DNA of 64,000 nt, from positions 32,001 through 96,000 of the IMG/VR virus record IMGVR_UViG_3300037963_004147, one strand, 5' to 3'. A program made the position numbers and the translations under genes. Positions 1 through 10,026 of the stretch are shown piece by piece. The DNA comes from a virus. Each line of letters starts with the position of its first letter. The first letter of the stretch is position 1. The notes beneath the pieces are model-generated. The model was given only the letters and a program-made list of their open reading frames with translations. It did no database searches and was not told where the DNA came from.

Positions 1-1
1 T

Positions 2-352
2 GCAATATACTCAGGACTAACAGATCAAAGAAAAGGTGGAGAATTAGAAAAAGTACTTCAACAATCAATTTCCAATATTGAAAATTCTGACAATACACTA
101 ATGAAAAAACATGAGGGCATACAAAGATTAGTGGATGCATATAATTCAATGGTTCCTGATAAATTTAAAAAGGGTGGTCCTGTTTTAAGTGATAATGTAA
201 AACTTTATCAAATGTATATTAATGGAGATAAAGAAAATTCAAAAGCAAAAGAAGTATATGATAAACTTAATAGAGTTTACTACAATAAAGCTAAAGAAAA
301 AGGTATGTCTCCTCAAAATTATATAATGAGTTATGTTATTGGCACAAGCTAG
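2..352 (+). CDS. C-terminal part of a virion/cargo protein (5' truncated by window)
   Basis: The frame of the 101..352 ORF is open from position 2 (AIYSGLTDQRKGGELEK...), so ATG 101 is probably internal. Contains QRKGGE and FKKGGP motifs like the downstream cargo proteins. Confidence 0.7.
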   Translation, partial: AIYSGLTDQRKGGELEKVLQQSISNIENSDNTLMKKHEGIQRLVDAYNSMVPDKFKKGGPVLSDNVKLYQMYINGDKENSKAKEVYDKLNRVYYNKAKEKGMSPQNYIMSYVIGTS

Positions 353-380
353 TTTATTAGCAAATGTCCATATTTATTTG

Positions 381-394
381 TATATTATAATGTA
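381..394 (+). promoter_or_regulatory. Candidate late promoter TATATTATAnTGTA (copy 1)
   Basis: TATATTATAATGTA lies immediately before ATG 397; the same 14-mer pattern occurs at 34287 and 35071. Confidence 0.55.
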
Positions 395-396
395 TT

Positions 397-3300
397 ATGA
401 AGTCAAAAAAAGTAAATAAAAAAAGTTTATACCAAGAAGGTGGTCCAATGGAAGGAATGCCTCCATCAGTTGAAGATATGCCTGCAGAAGAACAAGCTAT
501 AAATTTACAGGAAGAAATTACAGCTATGTTAGAACAAGGTGTATCTATGCCTGATATAATTAAAGGTTTAGCAGAAAGAGGATTTTCAGATGAAGAGATT
601 ATAGAAGTTTTAGTATCTACAGGTGTACCTGAAGAGGAAGTGGTGACTGTAATGAATCAGATGAGTGAAGGATCTCAAGAAGAGATGCCTCCTGCTGAAG
701 GTGAAGAACAAATGGTAGAAGGTCCTCCTCCACCACAGGCTATGCCACCACAGGCTATGCCACCTGAAATGGCAATGGGTATGCCGCAACCAATGATGGA
801 AGATGGTGGTGAAGATCCTGTACCTGGAACTAGAGATTTTACTACACATTTTACAAATGCTTTTTCTCCAAACGTATTGAGAGAACAGCCCGTGTATGAT
901 CCATCTACAGATCCTAATCTTACCAAAACATACATGACAGATAAAGATGGCAACATCACTGGACAAACTTATGTACGTGCTGGAAAAACTTATAATACTA
1001 GAAAGTTAAATAAACTGTTTCAAAAGGGAAAGATTCCTGGTGAGTCTTTTTATGATGGCCAATACCGTGAAGGTGGCGAAGGTGGAAATAATCCTTATGG
1101 GGCAGATGTCTATAAAGATATAGAATTAATATACCCGGATGGATCAATCCAGACACAAAGCTTAAATGAAAAAATGTTTAAGTCTGGTTATATTGATTAT
1201 AAAAAACCTGTTAAGAAAAATTTTTCAGATGGTACTTCTAAAACTCAATATAGATATAATCCAAAAGGAATAGATGGTCTTCCAAGAGTAAACTATAATT
1301 ATACTGGTTCTGTACAATATGGTGGAGAAGAATTACCTGAAGCTAGAACAGGTATGGGTCTTGATAGAGATCAGCAAGGTTTAGCAGGAAAAATGCTAAA
1401 ATATAGTGATGGTAGTTTAAATCAATTCTTTTCAGATAGAGATGGTTATAGAGCAAACCCATTAGCAGATTATACTCCTGTACAACTTGATGAAGGAACT
1501 CCAGGTGAAGGTCTAATGAAGATGATTCAATTTGGTCAAAATTTATTTAGTGGTGATATAGATCCTGAAACCGGTTTTATGAAAGGTTCTTTTAGAGATA
1601 GAAAGAGAAAAAACAAAGCACAAAAAGATGCACTTGCAAGTACATATGACTATAATGTAAAGTTTGATCCTAACGATCCAAATAAACCTGAAGATTACCA
1701 TACAAGTTATAAAAGTTTATATGAAGCATCTCAAGGAGAGATGCCATTAAGAACTAAAGATCAATTCAAAGAAGATGTGCAAAAATATAGCCGTATTGAT
1801 TTTGATCCAGAAAGTCAAAGATATAATACTTTTTTCTCTGATAGAGAAATAGACTTTGAAAATGTTCCTTCAAAATATAGAGAAGATTTGCAAGATAGAT
1901 ATAATAAATCTGAAGAACTTTCAAAATTTGTAGGTAGAGTGGGATCACTTACAGATGAAGATAAAACAAAGATGACTAACATTGGTAAAGATTTAGTAGA
2001 TTTTCAATCAAACCAAGATATGCCAGAAGATACTAAATTTGGTGTAGATGAATCAGGCAATGCTGTTTATTATAATCCTAATTTAGTTGGTGAAACAGGA
2101 ACTCAAAATTTTGTTGATAATACTGCAGGTTATATGTCAGGTAATAAATTTTTTGATTTTGGTGGCTTAGATGGAAAGAAGGCTGGAGGATCATTTGATA
2201 ATGAAGGATTTAGAGCACTTCCAGAAAAGGTTCAGATGAAAATTATGAAAGCTCAAAATGGTAACGGTGAAGAAAGAGGATTTGTAGAAGAAGATTTAAA
2301 TATACCTCAACCTAAGATGGATGCTTACATGAATTATTTAGATCAAAAAGCTGCACATGAGAAAGAGCTACAAGAAGTTCAAGCTATTAGGCAAAATATT
2401 GGGCAAAGAGCTACAGATCTTGGAACCGCAAATGCTTCACCATCAGAGGTTGGTTTATCAAGTAGTCTTGTTCGTAGTGTAGACGAATTAGGGTTTGGAT
2501 GTAATACATACTCTTGTCAAATAGCTAGAGATGCAGGTGTTACAATTCCAGATGGTGCCCCACCTGTTACAATTAATAAAAGAACTTATGAAGCAGGAGA
2601 TAAATTGCCAATGATACCAGGTAATGCTCAATTTAATTCTTACGCTACAAAATATTTAGGTTTTGAACTTTTACCTAAAGGTACTTTACCAACTGAACCT
2701 GGAGACTTAGGTAGAGGTCATATATATAATCAAGGTCCTGGTGGCCCAAGTAGTGGTTCACAACATAGTTACATTTTAGGAACTGATGGTAAATTTTATA
2801 ATAATCCAGGTAATGTTACAAGAGGATATATGGAGTATGATCATACACCTACAGAACAGTATTATACAACTGATTCTGGAGTAATGAGATATGTTAGAAA
2901 TTTACCAGCTACAGAAAAAGCAATGAATGAAGCTTTGGCTGCTTATGAAGCATTACCAGAAGATCAACTACGGAGACTTAAAACTTTACAACCTGAACTT
3001 TTAGCTGGAGCTGCAGATACTCAACCTGGTGCTTTAGCACAAATGGAATATAAAGATGTTCAATTACCGGAAGTTTCTAAAAGAGAAATGAGAAGGTTAA
3101 AAAAGGAAAACCCAGAATTGTATAGACTTTATGAGAATCCAGAATTATATAATGAGCAACAAAAAGCTCAAGCTTTAATTCAATATGATCCAAGATATAG
3201 ACAAATGATAGATGCAAGTATAACTGCATCTAGACAATATGGTGGGGGAGATATTCAAATGAATCCTTATCAAGAATTATTAATGAATCTACAACAAAGA

Positions 3301-3441
3301 AAAAACCAGCTGAATCCTTTACATAAACACAGAGTTGATTTTGATTCTGTATATAAAAAACGTGGAGGACAAACTGTAGATTTAGATATCAATACAATAG
3401 CAAAATTAATATCCGCTGGAGCAGACATTAAAATATTATAA
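397..3441 (+). CDS. Putative virion cargo/ejection protein with an NlpC/P60-like (Cys-His) domain
   Basis: 1014 aa with an M/P/E/Q-rich disordered N-terminus and many xxxGG motifs. GCNTYSC...PGDLG...QHSYIL resembles the NlpC/P60 catalytic layout. Lies in the block preceding the RNAP gene. Confidence 0.55.
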   Translation: MKSKKVNKKSLYQEGGPMEGMPPSVEDMPAEEQAINLQEEITAMLEQGVSMPDIIKGLAERGFSDEEIIEVLVSTGVPEEEVVTVMNQMSEGSQEEMPPAEGEEQMVEGPPPPQAMPPQAMPPEMAMGMPQPMMEDGGEDPVPGTRDFTTHFTNAFSPNVLREQPVYDPSTDPNLTKTYMTDKDGNITGQTYVRAGKTYNTRKLNKLFQKGKIPGESFYDGQYREGGEGGNNPYGADVYKDIELIYPDGSIQTQSLNEKMFKSGYIDYKKPVKKNFSDGTSKTQYRYNPKGIDGLPRVNYNYTGSVQYGGEELPEARTGMGLDRDQQGLAGKMLKYSDGSLNQFFSDRDGYRANPLADYTPVQLDEGTPGEGLMKMIQFGQNLFSGDIDPETGFMKGSFRDRKRKNKAQKDALASTYDYNVKFDPNDPNKPEDYHTSYKSLYEASQGEMPLRTKDQFKEDVQKYSRIDFDPESQRYNTFFSDREIDFENVPSKYREDLQDRYNKSEELSKFVGRVGSLTDEDKTKMTNIGKDLVDFQSNQDMPEDTKFGVDESGNAVYYNPNLVGETGTQNFVDNTAGYMSGNKFFDFGGLDGKKAGGSFDNEGFRALPEKVQMKIMKAQNGNGEERGFVEEDLNIPQPKMDAYMNYLDQKAAHEKELQEVQAIRQNIGQRATDLGTANASPSEVGLSSSLVRSVDELGFGCNTYSCQIARDAGVTIPDGAPPVTINKRTYEAGDKLPMIPGNAQFNSYATKYLGFELLPKGTLPTEPGDLGRGHIYNQGPGGPSSGSQHSYILGTDGKFYNNPGNVTRGYMEYDHTPTEQYYTTDSGVMRYVRNLPATEKAMNEALAAYEALPEDQLRRLKTLQPELLAGAADTQPGALAQMEYKDVQLPEVSKREMRRLKKENPELYRLYENPELYNEQQKAQALIQYDPRYRQMIDASITASRQYGGGDIQMNPYQELLMNLQQRKNQLNPLHKHRVDFDSVYKKRGGQTVDLDINTIAKLISAGADIKIL
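730..759 (+). repeat. 15-bp tandem repeat (ccaccacaggctatg x2, PPQAM)
   Basis: Exact direct repeat seen in the low-complexity N-terminal region. Confidence 0.85.
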
Positions 3442-3443
3442 AG

Positions 3444-6400
3444 ATGGCGAAAGTAAAAATAAATAGTTTACCTGATGGTTTTGAATTAGTAGATGGTAAG
3501 GTTAGACAAAAAAAATCACATGGTGGTGGTATTACCGGAGATCAAAGTGATTATGGTTTAGTTACTTATGGTTCTACAAATATGTCATCAGGCCCCGATG
3601 ATACAGATGTAAGATATAGTTTATCTTCTGTACCAAGAGAAGAGGCAAATATAGAAGCTGAAGGTGGGGAAACTGTTTTAACAGATTTGAATAATGATGG
3701 AAGCTTTGGTCTTTATGATATAAAAGGACCAAGACACAGTAGTGGTGGAGTTCCAATGTTTTTGCCAGAACAATCATTTATATATTCTGATACAAATGAT
3801 TTGAAATTTAATAAATCAGAGCTTGAGGATTTTGATATTTCATCAAGAAAGAAAATGACTCCTGCTAGTATATCTAGAAAGTATCAACTTAATAAATACT
3901 ACGGTTTATTAAATGATGAATATGCTGATGATATTCAAGCTAAAACAGCTGAGTTAATGTTAGATAAAAATAAAATGAGTTTATCTAAATTAGCATTTAC
4001 TCAGGAAATGAAAAAAGATTTTGAAGAAGGTGTGCCTTTAGCATCACATCCTTATCTACAATCTATTGGAGAAGATCCAATAGCTTTTACTTCACAGGTT
4101 GAGCAAATTTCTATGCAACAAGCTCAAGATCAAACTATAATGGGTATGCCACCAGATCAACAAGCTCAATTGATGGCAATACAACAAATGCTAGAACAAC
4201 AGCAAGGTATGGCACCTGAAGGTATGGAAAATCCTGCTGCACAAGAAATGCAAGCTCCTGTTATGGATACTGCACAAGATGGAACGGAATTCACTGCAAA
4301 CAATCAAGGTGCCAATCAATGTGGGCCTGGTGAAGTATATGATTTTATGCAGCAAAAATGTGTACCTAGTGGTGGTATAGATCAGTCTGGAGCAGGTTAT
4401 GATAACTTAACAACTGATCCAGGTCAACTTACAGCTAATCTAATAAACGCTGATGCCAATAATTTAAATGTTAATAATGATCCAAGTGCAACATTTAATC
4501 AAGTTGCTAATATGGGTAATAACATTCTTGACCGAGATTCTGAAGATCCTAATGCTCCTGTAGATCCTGCTGCTCCAGAGGTTACACTTGATAAAGGTGA
4601 TTTTGAAGATAAAGCTGGAAGATTATATAATAGAATTGCAGGCAGTAATCAATTAAAACAATTTACTGATCTATCAACAGGAGCTATTGAAATGTTTGAT
4701 TCATTTAATAAAAGAATGAATAAGCAGACTAATTTACTTACTGATAAACAACAAAATGCTAAGCTTATGGCCCATAATCAGTTTGGAACTAACTTTGATA
4801 AAATGGGCAAAGAAGGGTTTACTGATGTTAATACAGGTTTAGATAAAAGAATTATTGCTCCTGATGCTAATGCACCTTCTGGATTTAATAACTATATGAA
4901 GTTTGGTCAAGATGGAATGGAAATTCTTGATGAAGCAGCATATGGAATAGAAATACCTAAAGCACAAGATGGTAATGGCGAAGACTCAGGAATGAATCAA
5001 TCGTATGTGTTTACTGATCCTGGCAGTGGGAAAACTATTACTTTAACAAGACAACAAATAATTGATGCATTCCCAACACTTAAGGATGAAACAGCATTTC
5101 AATTTTATTTAACAAATAATAATATGACTCCTGCAAATTCTGATGATGCACCAGAAGGAGGAGAAAAAGAAGAAAAAGTAATTACTGTTGATGATGACGG
5201 TAAAAAACTTAAAGTTACTGAGGTTACTATTTATGATAAGAATAGACAAGAACTTAAAAAGATTTATAAAGATTCAAATACAGGTGAAATAATTGAAGGT
5301 GCCTTAGTTAAAGAAGGTAAATTAAATAGACCTAAGTTCCAAAGTAGAGTTGATACAAAAGGTGGCGGTACATATTATGGAGAATATGATTTAAGTGAAG
5401 AAGGAAAACAAGAAGACTTTGAACAAAGATTTCCTTGGGTTAAAGATTTAAAAGGTTATGACTATAGTAAAGGAAATGCTGCTTGGGTTGGAGAGTTTCA
5501 AAAAGAGTATGAAAAGCGTATGTATGAAAGCCTTAAGGAAAGAGGTTTAGAAAAAGATTATGTACCATACTTTAAAACTAAAAGTAAAGCTTCCTTTATA
5601 AAGAAGAATCCGTGGGCTAAAGATATAGACTTTGGGGGAATGAAAAATAAGTCTGGAGATTGGTATGATTATAGAGATGGAGAAGGCTTTGATAGTAAAC
5701 TAGGAGCACATACATATAGTGCCCCTCTTTATAAAGCGGAGGATCCCCTTAATTTACCAGAACCTTGTCCAGCTTGTCCAGAAGGATATGAAAGACAACC
5801 AACTGCTGATGATAAATGTAACTGTGAATTAAAAGCAGTAACAAAACTTGATGTTCCGGATATAGTTGATAATTATGTTCCGCCTAGAGCAGACTGGTGG
5901 TCACAAGATGTAATTAAAGCAAAAGCAATTGCAGACAGGGAAAGAAAAATGCTATTGCCATATCAACCACCTGTTAGAAGAACTTCTTATGATGTTGTAT
6001 TAGAAGATCCAACTAGAGCAATTGCTGCAATTAATGAACAATTAAATATTAATAGTCAAGCTGCAGGTGCATTTGGAGGACCTCAATCATTACAAGCAAG
6101 AACTGCAAATTTACAAGGTCAAGCTGCATTGAATATTGCAAATGAAGTAGCTAGAGTTAATCAAAGAAATGTTTCAACAATAAATCAAGGTTTAGCTCAG
6201 CAAGCTCAAATGGATCAGATGGCTAATATGGAAGAGGATAGAAGGAATGTAAAAATGTATGATGATACTCAAAAAGTTTTACAAACTTATATGGATGAGA
6301 AAAACTTTGACAGAGAGCAATATGCCGATGCTATAGCTAATGCAATAACTAATAGAGCTAATACATATAATCTTAATTCTATACAAGATTATTATAACAT

Positions 6401-6731
6401 TGATCCTGAAAGTGGTGGAATGATTAAGCTTACTAATACTAAAGCATTACAGCCTGTTGCTCAACCAGGTGAGTATGATTTTATAAATAACTATGCAGAA
6501 GTAGCAAAAAGATATAAAGCTGCAACTGGTGCAGATCCAACAAATGAGATAATGCAAGGTTTACTAAATCAACAAGCTCAACGTAATGCAGGTATTCAAC
6601 CAAAGCAAACTAATTTGCAGGCTGCGGTAGCAAATAATCCATTTGGGTTAGGATATCAAGGAGGTGGTAAAAAAGGAAAAGAATTAAAGAGGTGGGCATC
6701 TCCATTCTATGTAGGAAAAACAGGAATGTAA
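3444..6731 (+). CDS. Putative virion cargo/ejection protein
   Basis: 1095 aa. Has an EAEGGE...GPRHSSGGV...IYSD motif block typical of crAss-like structural proteins, a Q/A-rich coiled C-terminus and Cys-rich mini-domains. Confidence 0.6.
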   Translation: MAKVKINSLPDGFELVDGKVRQKKSHGGGITGDQSDYGLVTYGSTNMSSGPDDTDVRYSLSSVPREEANIEAEGGETVLTDLNNDGSFGLYDIKGPRHSSGGVPMFLPEQSFIYSDTNDLKFNKSELEDFDISSRKKMTPASISRKYQLNKYYGLLNDEYADDIQAKTAELMLDKNKMSLSKLAFTQEMKKDFEEGVPLASHPYLQSIGEDPIAFTSQVEQISMQQAQDQTIMGMPPDQQAQLMAIQQMLEQQQGMAPEGMENPAAQEMQAPVMDTAQDGTEFTANNQGANQCGPGEVYDFMQQKCVPSGGIDQSGAGYDNLTTDPGQLTANLINADANNLNVNNDPSATFNQVANMGNNILDRDSEDPNAPVDPAAPEVTLDKGDFEDKAGRLYNRIAGSNQLKQFTDLSTGAIEMFDSFNKRMNKQTNLLTDKQQNAKLMAHNQFGTNFDKMGKEGFTDVNTGLDKRIIAPDANAPSGFNNYMKFGQDGMEILDEAAYGIEIPKAQDGNGEDSGMNQSYVFTDPGSGKTITLTRQQIIDAFPTLKDETAFQFYLTNNNMTPANSDDAPEGGEKEEKVITVDDDGKKLKVTEVTIYDKNRQELKKIYKDSNTGEIIEGALVKEGKLNRPKFQSRVDTKGGGTYYGEYDLSEEGKQEDFEQRFPWVKDLKGYDYSKGNAAWVGEFQKEYEKRMYESLKERGLEKDYVPYFKTKSKASFIKKNPWAKDIDFGGMKNKSGDWYDYRDGEGFDSKLGAHTYSAPLYKAEDPLNLPEPCPACPEGYERQPTADDKCNCELKAVTKLDVPDIVDNYVPPRADWWSQDVIKAKAIADRERKMLLPYQPPVRRTSYDVVLEDPTRAIAAINEQLNINSQAAGAFGGPQSLQARTANLQGQAALNIANEVARVNQRNVSTINQGLAQQAQMDQMANMEEDRRNVKMYDDTQKVLQTYMDEKNFDREQYADAIANAITNRANTYNLNSIQDYYNIDPESGGMIKLTNTKALQPVAQPGEYDFINNYAEVAKRYKAATGADPTNEIMQGLLNQQAQRNAGIQPKQTNLQAAVANNPFGLGYQGGGKKGKELKRWASPFYVGKTGM

Positions 6732-6790
6732 ACTTTAAAAGTGTTATGTGTTTACTATTTAAACTGATAAAATTTAATTAATTTAGTATT

Positions 6791-9700
6791 ATGGCAACGT
6801 ATGTACCAGGAGTAGGAAGTTATTTACCAGATTTTAAGCCGTTTACACCGGACTATAAGTTTTTATCTAATGTATTAGATACAAAGACTAATAGATATAA
6901 TACAAACTATAAAGCAGTAAATGATTTATATAGTAAAGTTGTATATGGTGATTTATCAAGAGGTGATACTCAAGCAATGAGAGATCAGTATGCTGAGAAC
7001 TTAGGACCTAAACTTCAACAAATTTCAGGAATGGATTTATCTGTTATGCAAAATGCTCAAGCAGCTCAATCAATATTTAAACCATTTTTTGAAGATGATC
7101 TTATTGTAAAGGATTTAGTTACAACTAAGCATTACAAAAATGAAATGGGTTATGCTAATATGTTACAAAATTCACCAGACCGTGAACAAAGAGAAATGTA
7201 TTGGACTACTGGAATACAGAAGATGAAATATCAAATGGAAGACTTTATTAATGCATCTCAAGATGAAGCATTAAATATGGCAGTTCCTAAATATACTCCT
7301 GATGCTGATTTATATGAGATGGCTATGAAGTATCTTAAAGAATCAGGTTTAGAAGCAGAAATTGATATGCCAACTCCAGATGGTATGTGGATTGTTAAAA
7401 AGAAGAATGGTGATATTATTACTAGACAAGCACTTCAAATGGTTCAAAAAGCACTTAAGGATGACCCAAGAGTTGTTAATGCATATCATGCACAATCTTT
7501 TGTTACAGCAAGAAGTTTTGCAGAAAGTGGAATGCAAGCCGGCAAGTTTACAACTATTGATGAAGGGCAGAGAGCTTGGGCTACTGAACAAATTGGTAGA
7601 ATGGAAGAACTAATAGCTGATAGAAATAAGAAGCTTGAAGATAGACAAATGAAAGAAAAAAATATTGTTGTTTCATGGCAGAACTATGAAGCTCAATATG
7701 GTATTACGGATGGTTCAAAAGCTCAACAAGAACAAGCAGAAGCAGCATCTAATTTTGAAGCAACCACTGAAGCCTTAGAAGGAAATAGAAATGTATTATC
7801 TGATAATAAAGGAATAAGTGATGAGTCTAATACAAATCAACTATTAAATAGAGCTTATGGATTGTTAATGAATTATAATATGGAAAGTGATCTTCAAGCC
7901 GCAGCTATAGGATATAGTAATATTGGTAAAAAGATTGGTTTAGAAGTTAATCCATATGGTAAAATGAAAGCTCAATATCAATATGATGTAGCTTTAGAAA
8001 ATCTTAAGAATAGAAATAAATTAATGCAAATAGCTGCTAGGAAAAAAGCAGATGAAGAGGATGAAAAGGATGAAAATGATTTAAAAAATAAGTTAGCTTT
8101 AAAAATTACCAACAATGAAATGAACACTGAAACAAGTGGTGCAAAAGATGAAGATGGTGAATTTAATCCAAACTATAATCATGAGGAAGATCAAAATGAA
8201 AAGTTAGTTGGTTATAATGAAAAGGTAACTAATCAAGAAATTGATTGGGCTTTAAAAATGTATCAACATTTAGAGGCTGATAAAAAAACAGGTGTAGTTG
8301 AGATAGGAGGAATGAAGGGTAATCTTCAAGAATTATCTGCAAGACTTAAGGAGCAATATACAGAAGGAGATAAGAAAGGTCAGTACATTCATCAAGAAGC
8401 AATAGATAATTTATTTGGTGATATGGAATCTAAATTTATTAATTTAAAAGCTGATGCTAGTTCATTTCCAGATAAATCAGGACCTGTCTTTTTAAGACAA
8501 AATAATGGTGAAGACTATCTTAAAGCTTTAAGTCAGTTATCAGAACTGAAAGCTACAAGACATGCTTTGGATTATGTAAACCAAGGTCTTACAAATGCTA
8601 AAGCTAACAACTTAGAAACAGCTTTAAAATTAGAGGGTGTTTTTGAAGAAATTGATGATGGTGAAGGTTATTCAACATTATTTAAAAATGGCATGCCAAC
8701 TATGTATACAAGAGATGCAAAGGGCAATGCTACCCAAATGACTGAAGATGAATATGTCAAAGCATTTAATGATTGGGCAAGAACAAAAGGTAAGAATATA
8801 GATATTAGAAATACACCATTTGATGAAACTGGAGTTTTGAGTTCTGATAATGAAGAGTGGCAACAAGATGATGATGGTAACTATGCAGGTGTAGGTTGGG
8901 GTCAAGAAGGAACAAAATATATTTATCCTCAATACAATGGTGGAAGTACAGTAGTAATTAAGTATGACGATGATACACCATTTACTTTTAATGAAGCTAA
9001 ATCAAGTGAGTATGCAAGACGTTCATATCAAAAATTAAAAGAAGTACAGAATGCAACTATGAATGGAGGTTTAAAGAGTATAGCTACTGAAGCTGACTTT
9101 AAAGTCTATGATGTCGCTCAAGCAATGAGAGGTATTAGAAATATGACACAAGGAGATATAAATAAAAATCAAGTTTATAGTGTACAATTTAATGCTAAAG
9201 ATTTAACTGAACCGGCTGTAGAGATGTATAGTGCTTTACTTGATCAAGAAAACGAAACACCGTCACAAGAGTTTTATGTTTATGCAAATAAATATCAGCA
9301 TAATGAAATACAAGAGGATGACTTTGTAACAACAGATGAAGATATTGAAATTTTAACAGAAGGTGGTCAAGGTGTAAGTGATGAACAAAGATCTAATGGA
9401 AAATTACTTTTGAGAGATTTAAAGATGATGATTGCTGAAAATATGAGAGATAAATCAGGTAATGCTTCTAAAGATGTTGCTAATTTTGAAATAAAATATT
9501 TTAATACATGGACAGCTGATTCTGATAATGTTACTAGAGCAGATGGCGATTATGCAGGTTATGTAATAAAACCAAGTCTAGACTTTTTAGGAAGATATAT
9601 AGGTAAAGGTAAATTATTAGAAAAAGCTAAAATTGAAGATTACATGAATATTAATATTGTATTTAAAAAAGAAAAAGATATTAATCCATTAAGATATGGT

Positions 9701-10024
9701 CAATTTGAATTTTCTGCTACAGCAGCTGAAATAGCATCAAGTCAAAATCAAGTATACACAAATAATACATCAGGTGGTGGAGATATATATGTTCAGCAAA
9801 ATGGTGGTGATAATTTAAATGATTATGTCTTAACATATAAACCTTTAGCATTAAATGAAGAAACAGGAGACTTTGAATATATAGGAGAAGAGTATATTAA
9901 TTTAGGTAATGATAAAAATCTGCTTGATGCTCAAGTTCAACAATATATTATTGGTATGCAACAACTTTCTATAACAAATAAAAGAGCTAAAGATGCCTGG
10001 GATTTAAAAAATAAAAATAAATAA
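6791..10024 (+). CDS. Putative virion/ejection protein
   Basis: 1077-aa ORF with a helical N-terminal half, directly upstream of the giant RNAP gene as in crAss-like gene order. Confidence 0.55.
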   Translation: MATYVPGVGSYLPDFKPFTPDYKFLSNVLDTKTNRYNTNYKAVNDLYSKVVYGDLSRGDTQAMRDQYAENLGPKLQQISGMDLSVMQNAQAAQSIFKPFFEDDLIVKDLVTTKHYKNEMGYANMLQNSPDREQREMYWTTGIQKMKYQMEDFINASQDEALNMAVPKYTPDADLYEMAMKYLKESGLEAEIDMPTPDGMWIVKKKNGDIITRQALQMVQKALKDDPRVVNAYHAQSFVTARSFAESGMQAGKFTTIDEGQRAWATEQIGRMEELIADRNKKLEDRQMKEKNIVVSWQNYEAQYGITDGSKAQQEQAEAASNFEATTEALEGNRNVLSDNKGISDESNTNQLLNRAYGLLMNYNMESDLQAAAIGYSNIGKKIGLEVNPYGKMKAQYQYDVALENLKNRNKLMQIAARKKADEEDEKDENDLKNKLALKITNNEMNTETSGAKDEDGEFNPNYNHEEDQNEKLVGYNEKVTNQEIDWALKMYQHLEADKKTGVVEIGGMKGNLQELSARLKEQYTEGDKKGQYIHQEAIDNLFGDMESKFINLKADASSFPDKSGPVFLRQNNGEDYLKALSQLSELKATRHALDYVNQGLTNAKANNLETALKLEGVFEEIDDGEGYSTLFKNGMPTMYTRDAKGNATQMTEDEYVKAFNDWARTKGKNIDIRNTPFDETGVLSSDNEEWQQDDDGNYAGVGWGQEGTKYIYPQYNGGSTVVIKYDDDTPFTFNEAKSSEYARRSYQKLKEVQNATMNGGLKSIATEADFKVYDVAQAMRGIRNMTQGDINKNQVYSVQFNAKDLTEPAVEMYSALLDQENETPSQEFYVYANKYQHNEIQEDDFVTTDEDIEILTEGGQGVSDEQRSNGKLLLRDLKMMIAENMRDKSGNASKDVANFEIKYFNTWTADSDNVTRADGDYAGYVIKPSLDFLGRYIGKGKLLEKAKIEDYMNINIVFKKEKDINPLRYGQFEFSATAAEIASSQNQVYTNNTSGGGDIYVQQNGGDNLNDYVLTYKPLALNEETGDFEYIGEEYINLGNDKNLLDAQVQQYIIGMQQLSITNKRAKDAWDLKNKNK

Positions 10025-10026
10025 TT

